64,000 bases of DNA, from NCBI GenBank assembly GCA_964057225.1, contig OZ059897.1, positions 20,460,001 to 20,524,000 on the forward strand, written 5' to 3'. The notes below the pieces were generated by a model. It made no database searches. It saw nothing but the letters and a program-made list of their open reading frames with translations, and was not told the origin of the DNA. A program made the position numbers and the translations under genes. Source of the stretch: Auanema rhodensis. Taxonomy: Eukaryota > Animalia > Nematoda. Positions 53,692-64,000 of the stretch are shown here, piece after piece; within the stretch, counting starts at the first letter, position 1, and each line of letters starts with the position of its first letter.

Positions 53692-56600
53692 CAGTTGATA
53701 TCTCGGTGCATTTTTAAGCTAGCGCAAATCTGATAACACAGATCGACGCAGCTCAAAAATCCGTACGAATGCACTATACTACATTAAGAAACGCTTAATA
53801 CAAAAATTAGTTATGATCGTTTGAAAAATGATGCATTAGTGTATGTTGAGTTTCCATGTACACTCAACATTGCTTCCGAAAACATTTTGACAAAAATTTT
53901 TTCGAAAAATTTCAAAATAATTTAGCAAAAAGTAGATGTTTTTAGATTCCTTTTTTCAAGGCAAAGACGATGAACAATGTTATTCAACGAAAAAATTAAT
54001 TCTTCAGGGTGAAAATCGAGGATATAAGTGTGAACTTATATCAGATGATATCTCGGTGCATTTTTAAGCTAGCGCAAATCTGATAACACAGATCGACGCA
54101 GCTTAAAAATCCGCATCGAATGCACTATACTACATTGAGAAACGCTTAATACAAAAATTAGTTATGATCGTTTGAAAAATGATGCATTAGTGTATGTTGA
54201 GTTTCCATGTACACTCAACATTGCTTCCAAAAACATTTTGACAAAAATTTTTTCGAAAAATTTCAAAATAATTTAGCAAAAAGTAGATGTTTTTAGATTC
54301 CTTTTTTCAAGGCAAAGACGATGGACAATGTTATTTAACGAAAAAATTAATTCTTCAGGGTGAAAATCGAGGATAAATGTGTAAACTTATATCAGTTGAT
54401 ATCTCGGTGCATTTTTAAGCTAGCGCAAATCTGATAACACAGATCGACGCAGCTTAAAAATCCGCATCGAATGCACTATACTACATGGAAGAACGCTTAA
54501 TACAAAAATTAGTTATGATCGTTTGAAAAATGATGCATTAGTGTATGTTGAGTTTCCATGTACACTCAACATTGCTTCCAAAAACATTTTGACAAAAATT
54601 TTTTCGAAAAATTTCAAAATAATTTAGCAAAAAGTAGATGTTTTTAGATTCCTTTTTTCAAGGCAAAGACGATGGACAATGTTATTCAACGAAAAAATTA
54701 TTTCTTCAGGGTGAAAATCGAGGATATAAGTGTGAACTTATATCAGTTGATATCTCGGTGCATTTTTAAGCTAGCGCAAATCTGATAACACAGATCGACG
54801 CAGCTTAAAAATCCGCATCGAATGCACTATACTACATTGAGAAACGCTTAATACAAAAATTAGTTATGATCGTTTGAAAAATGATGCATTAGTGTATGTT
54901 GAGTTTCCATGTACACTCAACATTGCTTCCAAAAACATTTTGACAAAAATTTTTTCGAAAAATTTCAAAATAATTTAGCAAAAAGTAGATGTTTTTAGAT
55001 TCCTTTTTTCAAGGCAAAGACGATGGACGATGTTATTCAACGAAAAAATTAATTCTTCAGGGTGAAAATCGAGGATATAAGTGTGAACTTATATCAGTTG
55101 ATATCTCGGTGCATTTTTAAGCTAGCGCAAATCTGATAACACAGATCGACGCAGCTTAAAAATCCGCATCGAATGCACTATACTACATTAAGAAACGCTT
55201 AATACAAAAATTAGTTATGATCGTTTGAAAAATGATGCATTAGTGTATGTTGAGTTTCCATGTACACTCAACATTGCTTCCAAAAACATTTTGACAAAAA
55301 TTTTTTCGAAAAATTTCAAAATAATTTAGCAAAAAGTAGATGTTTTTAGATTCCTTTTTTTAAGGCAAAGACGATGGACGATGTTATTCAACGAAAAAAT
55401 TAATTCTTCAGGGTGAAAATCGAGGATATAAGTGTGAACTTATATCAGTTGATATCTCGGAGCATTTTTAAGCTAGCGCAAATCTGATAACACAGATCGA
55501 CGCAGCTTAAAAATCCGCATCGAATGCACTATACTACATGGAAGAACGCTTAATACAAAAATTAGTTATGATCGTTTGAAAAATGATGCATTAGTGTATG
55601 TTGAGTTTCCATGTACACTCAACATTGCTTCCAAAAACATTTTGACAAAAATTTTTTCGAAAAATTTCAAAATAATTTAGCAAAAAGTAGATGTTTTTAG
55701 ATTCCTTTTTTCAAGGCAAAGACGATGGACAATGTTATTCAACGAAAAAATTATTTCTTCAGGGTGAAAATCGAGGATATAAGTGTGAACTTATATCAGT
55801 TGATATCTCGGTGCATTTTTAAGCTAGCGCAAATCTGATAACACAGATCGACGCAGCTTAAAAATCCGCATCGAATGCACTATACTACATGGAAGAACGC
55901 TTAATACAAAAATTAGTTATGATCGTTTGAAAAATGATGCATTAGTGTATGTTGAGTTTCCATGTACACTCAACATTGCTTCCAAAAACATTTTGACAAA
56001 AATTTTTTCGAAAAATTTCAAAATAATTTAGCAAAAAGTAGATGTTTTTAGATTCCTTTTTTCAAGGCAAAGACGATGGACAATGTTATTCAACGAAAAA
56101 ATTATTTCTTCAGGGTGAAAATCGAGGATATAAGTGTGAACTTATATCAGTTGATATCTCGGTGCATTTTTAAGCTAGCGCAAATCTGATAACACAGATC
56201 GACGCAGCTTAAAAATCCGCATCGAATGCACTATACTACATTGAGAAACGCTTAATACAAAAATTAGTTATGATCGTTTGAAAAATGATGCATTAGTGTA
56301 TGTTGAGTTTCCATGTACACTCAACATTGCTTCCAAAAACATTTTGACAAAAATTTTTTCGAAAAATTTCAAAATAATTTAGCAAAAAGTAGATGTTTTT
56401 AGATTCCTTTTTTCAAGGCAAAGACGATGGACGATGTTATTCAACGAAAAAATTAATTCTTCAGGGTGAAAATCGAGGATATAAGTGTGAACTTATATCA
56501 GTTGATATCTCGGTGCATTTTTAAGCTAGCGCAAATCTGATAACACAGATCGACGCAGCTTAAAAATCCGCATCGAATGCACTATACTACATTAAGAAAC

Positions 56601-59600
56601 GCTCAATACAAAAATTAGTTATGATCGTTTGAAAAATGATGCATTAGTGTATGTTGAGTTTCCATGTACACTCAACATTGCTTCCAAAAACATTTTGACA
56701 AAAATTTTTTCGAAAAATTTCAAAATAATTTAGCAAAAAGTAGATGTTTTTAGATTCCTTTTTTTAAGGCAAAGACGATAAACGATGTTATTCAACGAAA
56801 AAATTAATTCTTCAGGGTGAAAATCGAGGATATAAGTGTGAACTTATATCAGTTGATATCTCGGTGCATTTTTAAGCTAGCGCAAATCTGATAACACAGA
56901 TCGACGCAGCTTAAAAATCCGCATCGAATGCACTATACTACATGGAAGAACGCTTAATACAAAAATTAGTTATGATGGTTTGAAAAATGATGCATTAGTG
57001 TATGTTGAGTTTCCATGTACACTCAACATTGCTTCCAAAAACATTTTGACAAAAATTTTTTCGAAAAATTTCAAAATAATTTAGCAAAAAGTAGATGTTT
57101 TTAGATTCCTTTTTTCAAGGCAAAGACGATGGACAATGTTATTCAACGAAAAAATTATTTCTTCAGGGTGAAAATCGAGGATATAAGTGTGAACTTATAT
57201 CAGTTGATATCTCGGTGCATTTTTAAGCTAGCGCAAATCTGATAACACAGATCGACGCAGCTTAAAAATCCGCATCGAATGCACTATACTACATGGAAGA
57301 ACGCTTAATACAAAAATTAGTTATGATGGTTTGAAAAATGATGCATTAGTGTATGTTGAGTTTCCATGTACACTCAACATTGCTTCCAAAAACATTTTGA
57401 CAAAAATTTTTTCGAAAAATTTCAAAATAATTTAGCAAAAAGTAGATGTTTTTAGATTCCTTTTTTCAAGGCAAAGACGATGGACGATGTTATTCAACGA
57501 AAAAATTAATTCTTCAGGGTGAAAATCGAGGATATAAGTGTGAACTTATATCAGTTGATATCTCGGTGCATTTTTAAGCTAGCGCAAATCTGATAACACA
57601 GATCGACGCAGCTCAAAAATCCGTACGAATGCACTATACTACATTAAGAAACGCTTAATACAAAAATTAGTTATGATCGTTTGAAAAATGATGCATTAGT
57701 GTATGTTGAGTTTCCATGTACACTCAACATTGCTTCCGAAAACATTTTGACAAAAATTTTTTCGAAAAATTTCAAAATAATTTAGCAAAAAGTAGATGTT
57801 TTTAGATTCCTTTTTTCAAGGCAAAGACGATGAACAATGTTATTCAACGAAAAAATTAATTCTTCAGGGTGAAAATCGAGGATATAAGTGTGAACTTATA
57901 TCAGATGATATCTCGGTGCATTTTTAAGCTAGCGCAAATCTGATAACACAGATCGACGCAGCTTAAAAATCCGCATCGAATGCACTATACTACATTGAGA
58001 AACGCTTAATACAAAAATTAGTTATGATCGTTTGAAAAATGATGCATTAGTGTATGTTGAGTTTCCATGTACACTCAACATTGCTTCCAAAAACATTTTG
58101 ACAAAAATTTTTTCGAAAAATTTCAAAATAATTTAGCAAAAAGTAGATGTTTTTAGATTCCTTTTTTCAAGGCAAAGACGATGGACAATGTTATTTAACG
58201 AAAAAATTAATTCTTCAGGGTGAAAATCGAGGATAAATGTGTAAACTTATATCAGTTGATATCTCGGTGCATTTTTAAGCTAGCGCAAATCTGATAACAC
58301 AGATCGACGCAGCTTAAAAATCCGCATCGAATGCACTATACTACATGGAAGAACGCTTAATACAAAAATTAGTTATGATCGTTTGAAAAATGATGCATTA
58401 GTGTATGTTGAGTTTCCATGTACACTCAACATTGCTTCCAAAAACATTTTGACAAAAATTTTTTCGAAAAATTTCAAAATAATTTAGCAAAAAGTAGATG
58501 TTTTTAGATTCCTTTTTTCAAGGCAAAGACGATGGACAATGTTATTCAACGAAAAAATTATTTCTTCAGGGTGAAAATCGAGGATATAAGTGTGAACTTA
58601 TATCAGTTGATATCTCGGTGCATTTTTAAGCTAGCGCAAATCTGATAACACAGATCGACGCAGCTTAAAAATCCGCATCGAATGCACTATACTACATTGA
58701 GAAACGCTTAATACAAAAATTAGTTATGATCGTTTGAAAAATGATGCATTAGTGTATGTTGAGTTTCCATGTACACTCAACATTGCTTCCAAAAACATTT
58801 TGACAAAAATTTTTTCGAAAAATTTCAAAATAATTTAGCAAAAAGTAGATGTTTTTAGATTCCTTTTTTCAAGGCAAAGACGATGGACGATGTTATTCAA
58901 CGAAAAACTTAATTCTTCAGGGTGAAAATCGAGGATATAAGTGTGAACTTATATCAGTTGATATCTCGGTGCATTTTTAAGCTAGCGCAAATCTGATAAC
59001 ACAGATCGACGCAGCTTAAAAATCCGCATCGAATGCACTATACTACATTAAGAAACGCTTAATACAAAAATTAGTTATGATCGTTTGAAAAATGATGCAT
59101 TAGTGTATGTTGAGTTTCCATGTACACTCAACATTGCTTCCAAAAACATTTTGACAAAAATTTTTTCGAAAAATTTCAAAATAATTTAGCAAAAAGTAGA
59201 TGTTTTTAGATTCCTTTTTTCAAGGCAAAGACGATGGACAATGTTATTCAACGAAAAAATTATTTCTTCAGGGTGAAAATCGAGGATATAAGTGTGAACT
59301 TATATCAGTTGATATCTCGGTGCATTTTTAAGCTAGCGCAAATCTGATAACACAGATCGACGCAGCTTAAAAATCCGCATCGAATGCACTATACTACATT
59401 GAGAAACGCTTAATACAAAAATTAGTTATGATCGTTTGAAAAATGATGCATTAGTGTATGTTGAGTTTCCATGTACACTCAACATTGCTTCCAAAAACAT
59501 TTTGACAAAAATTTTTTCGAAAAATTTCAAAATAATTTAGCAAAAAGTAGATGTTTTTAGATTCCTTTTTTCAAGGCAAAGACGATGGACGATGTTATTC

Positions 59601-61762
59601 AACGAAAAACTTAATTCTTCAGGGTGAAAATCGAGGATATAAGTGTGAACTTATATCAGTTGATATCTCGGTGCATTTTTAAGCTAGCGCAAATCTGATA
59701 ACACAGATCGACGCAGCTTAAAAATCCGCATCGAATGCACTATACTACATTAAGAAACGCTTAATACAAAAATTAGTTATGATCGTTTGAAAAATGATGC
59801 ATTAGTGTATGTTGAGTTTCCATGTACACTCAACATTGCTTCCAAAAACATTTTGACAAAAATTTTTTCGAAAAATTTCAAAATAATTTAGCAAAAAGTA
59901 GATGTTTTTAGATTCCTTTTTTTAAGGCAAAGACGATGGACGATGTTATTCAACGAAAAAATTAATTCTTCAGGGTGAAAATCGAGGATATAAGTGTGAA
60001 CTTATATCAGTTGATATCTCGGAGCATTTTTAAGCTAGCGCAAATCTGATAACACAGATCGACGCAGCTTAAAAATCCGCATCGAATGCACTATACTACA
60101 TGGAAGAACGCTTAATACAAAAATTAGTTATGATCGTTTGAAAAATGATGCATTAGTGTATGTTGAGTTTCCATGTACACTCAACATTGCTTCCAAAAAC
60201 ATTTTGACAAAAATTTTTTCGAAAAATTTCAAAATAATTTAGCAAAAAGTAGATGTTTTTAGATTCCTTTTTTCAAGGCAAAGACGATGGACAATGTTAT
60301 TCAACGAAAAAATTATTTCTTCAGGGTGAAAATCGAGGATATAAGTGTGAACTTATATCAGTTGATATCTCGGTGCATTTTTAAGCTAGCGCAAATCTGA
60401 TAACACAGATCGACGCAGCTTAAAAATCCGCATCGAATGCACTATACTACATGGAAGAACGCTTAATACAAAAATTAGTTATGATCGTTTGAAAAATGAT
60501 GCATTAGTGTATGTTGAGTTTCCATGTACACTCAACATTGCTTCCAAAAACATTTTGACAAAAATTTTTTCGAAAAATTTCAAAATAATTTAGCAAAAAG
60601 TAGATGTTTTTAGATTCCTTTTTTCAAGGCAAAGACGATGGACAATGTTATTCAACGAAAAAATTATTTCTTCAGGGTGAAAATCGAGGATATAAGTGTG
60701 AACTTATATCAGTTGATATCTCGGTGCATTTTTAAGCTAGCGCAAATCTGATAACACAGATCGACGCAGCTTAAAAATCCGCATCGAATGCACTATACTA
60801 CATTGAGAAACGCTTAATACAAAAATTAGTTATGATCGTTTGAAAAATGATGCATTAGTGTATGTTGAGTTTCCATATACACTCAACATTGCTTCCAAAA
60901 ACATTTTGACAAAAATTTTTTCGAAAAATTTCAAAATAATTTAGCAAAAAGTAGATGTTTTTAGATTCCTTTTTTCAAGGCAAAGACGATGGACGATGTT
61001 ATTCAACGAAAAAATTAATTCTTCAGGGTGAAAATCGAGGATATAAGTGTGAACTTATATCAGTTGATATCTCGGTGCATTTTTAAGCTAGCGCAAATCT
61101 GATAACACAGATCGACGCAGCTTAAAAATCCGCATCGAATGCACTATACTACATTAAGAAACGCTCAATACAAAAATTAGTTATGATCGTTTGAAAAATG
61201 ATGCATTAGTGTATGTTGAGTTTCCATGTACACTCAACATTGCTTCCAAAAACATTTTGACAAAAATTTTTTCGAAAAATTTCAAAATAATTTAGCAAAA
61301 AGTAGATGTTTTTAGATTCCTTTTTTTAAGGCAAAGACGATAAACGATGTTATTCAACGAAAAAATTAATTCTTCAGGGTGAAAATCGAGGATATAAGTG
61401 TGAACTTATATCAGTTGATATCTCGGTGCATTTTTAAGCTAGCGCAAATCTGATAACACAGATCGACGCAGCTTAAAAATCCGCATCGAATGCACTATAC
61501 TACATGGAAGAACGCTTAATACAAAAATTAGTTATGATGGTTTGAAAAATGATGCATTAGTGTATGTTGAGTTTCCATGTACACTCAACATTGCTTCCAA
61601 AAACATTTTGACAAAAATTTTTTCGAAAAATTTCAAAATAATTTAGCAAAAAGTAGATGTTTTTAGATTCCTTTTTTCAAGGCAAAGACGATGGACAATG
61701 TTATTCAACGAAAAAATTATTTCTTCAGGGTGAAAATCGAGGATAAAAGTGTAAACTTATAT
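53692..61762. repeat. 11-monomer HOR (3860 bp), second copy with a 2-monomer internal expansion
   Basis: Hybrid 350-bp monomers start at 53692 and 57552, and ggataAaTgt repeats 3860 apart. The later markers ctcggAgca (55461, 60023) and gacgatAAacg repeat 4562 apart (3860+702). Confidence 0.87.
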
Positions 61763-62113
61763 CAGTTGATATCTCGGTGCATTTTTAAGCTAGCGCAAAT
61801 CTGATAACACAGATCGACGCAGCTTAAAAATCCGCATCGAATGCACTATACTACATTAAGAAACGCTTAATACAAAAATTAGTTATGATCGTTTGAAAAA
61901 TGATGCATTAGTGTATGTTGAGTTTCCATGTACACTCAACATTGCTTCCAAAAAGATTTTGACAAAAATTTTTTCGAAAAATTTCAAAATAATTTAGCGA
62001 AAAGTAGATGTTTTTAGATTCCTTTTTTCAAGGCAAAGACGATGGACAATGTTATTCAACGAAAAAATTAATTCTTCAGGGTGAAAATCGAGGATATAAG
62101 TGTGAATTTATAT

Positions 62114-63517
62114 CAGTTGATATCTCGGTGCATTTTTAAGCTAGCGCAAATCTGATAACACAGATCGACGCAGCTTAAAAATCCGCATCGAATGCACTAT
62201 ACTACATGGAAGAATGCTTAATACAAAAATTAGTTATGATCGTTTGAAAAATGATGCATTAGTGTATGTTGAGTTTCCATGTACACTCAACATTGCTTCC
62301 AAAAACATTTTGACAAAAATTTTTTCGAAAAATTTCAAGATAATTTAGCAAAAAGTAGATGTTTTTAGATTCCTTTTTTCAAGGCAAAGACGATGGACAA
62401 TGTTATTCAACGAAAAAATTATTTCTTCAGGGTGAAAATCGAGGATATAAGTGTGAACTTATATCAGTTGATATCTCGGTGCATTTTTAAGCTAGCGCAA
62501 ATCTGATAACACAGATCGACGCAGCTTAAAAATCCGCATCGAATGCACTATACTACATTGAGAAACGCTTAATACAAAAATTAGTTATGATCGTTTGAAA
62601 AATGATGCATTAGTGTATGTTGAGTTTCCATGTACACTCAACATTGCTTCCAAAAACATTTTGACAAAAATTTTTTCGAAAAATTTCAAAATAATTTAGC
62701 AAAAAGTAGATGTTTTTAGATTCCTTTTTTTAAGGCAAAGACGATGGACGATGTTATTCAACGAAAAAATTAATTCTTCAGGGTGAAAATCGAGGATATA
62801 AGTGTGAATTTATATCAGTTGATATCTCGGTGCATTTTTAAGCTAGCGCAAATCTGATAACACAGATCGACGCAGCTTAAAAATCCGCATCGAATGCACT
62901 ATACTACATGGAAGAATGCTTAATACAAAAATTAGTTATGATCGTTTGAAAAATGATGCATTAGTGTATGTTGAGTTTCCATGTACACTCAACATTGCTT
63001 CCAAAAACATTTTGACAAAAATTTTTTCGAAAAATTTCAAGATAATTTAGCAAAAAGTAGATGTTTTTAGATTCCTTTTTTCAAGGCAAAGACGATGGAC
63101 AATGTTATTCAACGAAAAAATTATTTCTTCAGGGTGAAAATCGAGGATATAAGTGTGAACTTATATCAGTTGATATCTCGGTGCATTTTTAAGCTAGCGC
63201 AAATCTGATAACACAGATCGACGCAGCTTAAAAATCCGCATCGAATGCACTATACTACATTGAGAAACGCTTAATACAAAAATTAGTTATGATCGTTTGA
63301 AAAATGATGCATTAGTGTATGTTGAGTTTCCATGTACACTCAACATTGCTTCCAAAAACATTTTGACAAAAATTTTTTCGAAAAATTTCAAAATAATTTA
63401 GCAAAAAGTAGATGTTTTTAGATTCCTTTTTTTAAGGCAAAGACGATGGACGATGTTATTCAACGAAAAAATTAATTCTTCAGGGTGAAAATCGAGGATA
63501 TAAGTGTGAACTTATAT
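62114..63517. repeat. 2-monomer duplication (702 bp)
   Basis: The co-occurring private markers gaagaaTgct and tttcaaGata lie in monomers starting at 62114 and 62816. Confidence 0.88.
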
Positions 63518-64000
63518 CAGTTGATATCTCGGTGCATTTTTAAGCTAGCGCAAATCTGATAACACAGATCGACGCAGCTTAAAAATCCGCATCGAATGCA
63601 CTATACTACATGGAAGAACGCTTAATACAAAAATTAGTTATGATCGTTTGAAAAATGATGCATTAGTGTATGTTGAGTTTCCATGTACACTCAACATTGC
63701 TTCCAAAAAGATTTTGACAAAAATTTTTTCGAAAAATTTCAAAATAATTTAGCAAAAAGTAGATGTTTTTAGATTCCTTTTTTCAAGGCAAAGACGATGG
63801 ACAATGTTATTCAACGAAAAAATTATTTCTTCAGGGTGAAAATCGAGGATATAAGTGTAAACTTATATCATTTGATATCTCGGTGCATTTTTAAGCTAGC
63901 GCAAATCTGATAACACAGATCGACGCAGCTTAAAAATCCGCATCGAATGCACTATACTACATTAAGAAACGCTTAATACAAAAATTAGTTATGATCGTTT

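Larger units (their letters stand above)
1..64000. repeat. Tandem satellite DNA array, 351-bp monomer, 182 full copies plus a partial copy, running off both window edges
   Basis: The motif ca(g/t)(t/a)tgata(t/c)ctcggtgcatttttaagctagcgc recurs at 1, 352, 703 ... 7021 (20x351+1), 14041 ... 63869. The arithmetic 182x351 - 14 one-base deletions = 63868 matches the start of the last partial unit at 63869. All copies are in the same orientation with no non-repeat sequence. Confidence 0.99.

Noticed and set aside
1-64000. CRISPR array or other repeat-spacer/cassette system
   Set aside because: There are no unique spacers: the whole 351-bp unit repeats with only point variants, and no cas, integrase or recombinase gene is present.
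1-64000. Assignment to a named satellite (Drosophila 1.688/359-bp, Tribolium, alpha satellite)
   Set aside because: Only length and AT content are comparable to the insect families; I do not recognise sequence identity and cannot run a search.
1-64000. Inversions, transposon insertions, or a purely artefactual repeat
   Set aside because: Register is kept throughout (182x351-14), so there is no insertion or strand switch. Structured shared and private variants argue for a real array, though local copy numbers could still be misassembled.

Overview
The whole 64 kb window is one uninterrupted head-to-tail tandem array of a 351-bp AT-rich monomer (about 31% GC by hand count of monomer 1). It holds 182 complete monomers plus a 132-bp partial one; 14 monomers are 350 bp because of 1-bp deletions. 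Monomers differ by only a few substitutions, all lie in the same orientation, and there are no insertions, spacers, genes or transposases. This is most consistent with eukaryotic (peri)centromeric or heterochromatic satellite DNA; I cannot name the family or species. Typing every monomer by diagnostic SNPs shows nested higher-order repeats (HORs): a 12-mer with an internal 4-mer triplication, an approximately 18-19 kb tandem duplication, 8-, 11-, 5-, 3- and 2-mer duplications, recombinant monomers and a haplotype shift near 53 kb. The monomer is densely packed with inverted repeats: a 67-nt long hairpin, two 9-bp perfect stems (one with a GNRA-type tetraloop) and a TTTTTCGAAAAA palindrome. Two of the commonest polymorphisms fall in a hairpin loop and a dyad centre. 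The eleven 63-aa ORFs arise from one TAG->AAG variant on a single monomer haplotype and are not considered genes. I see no protein-coding system. Monomer numbers (M1 = 1-351) and within-monomer positions are my own manual indexing.
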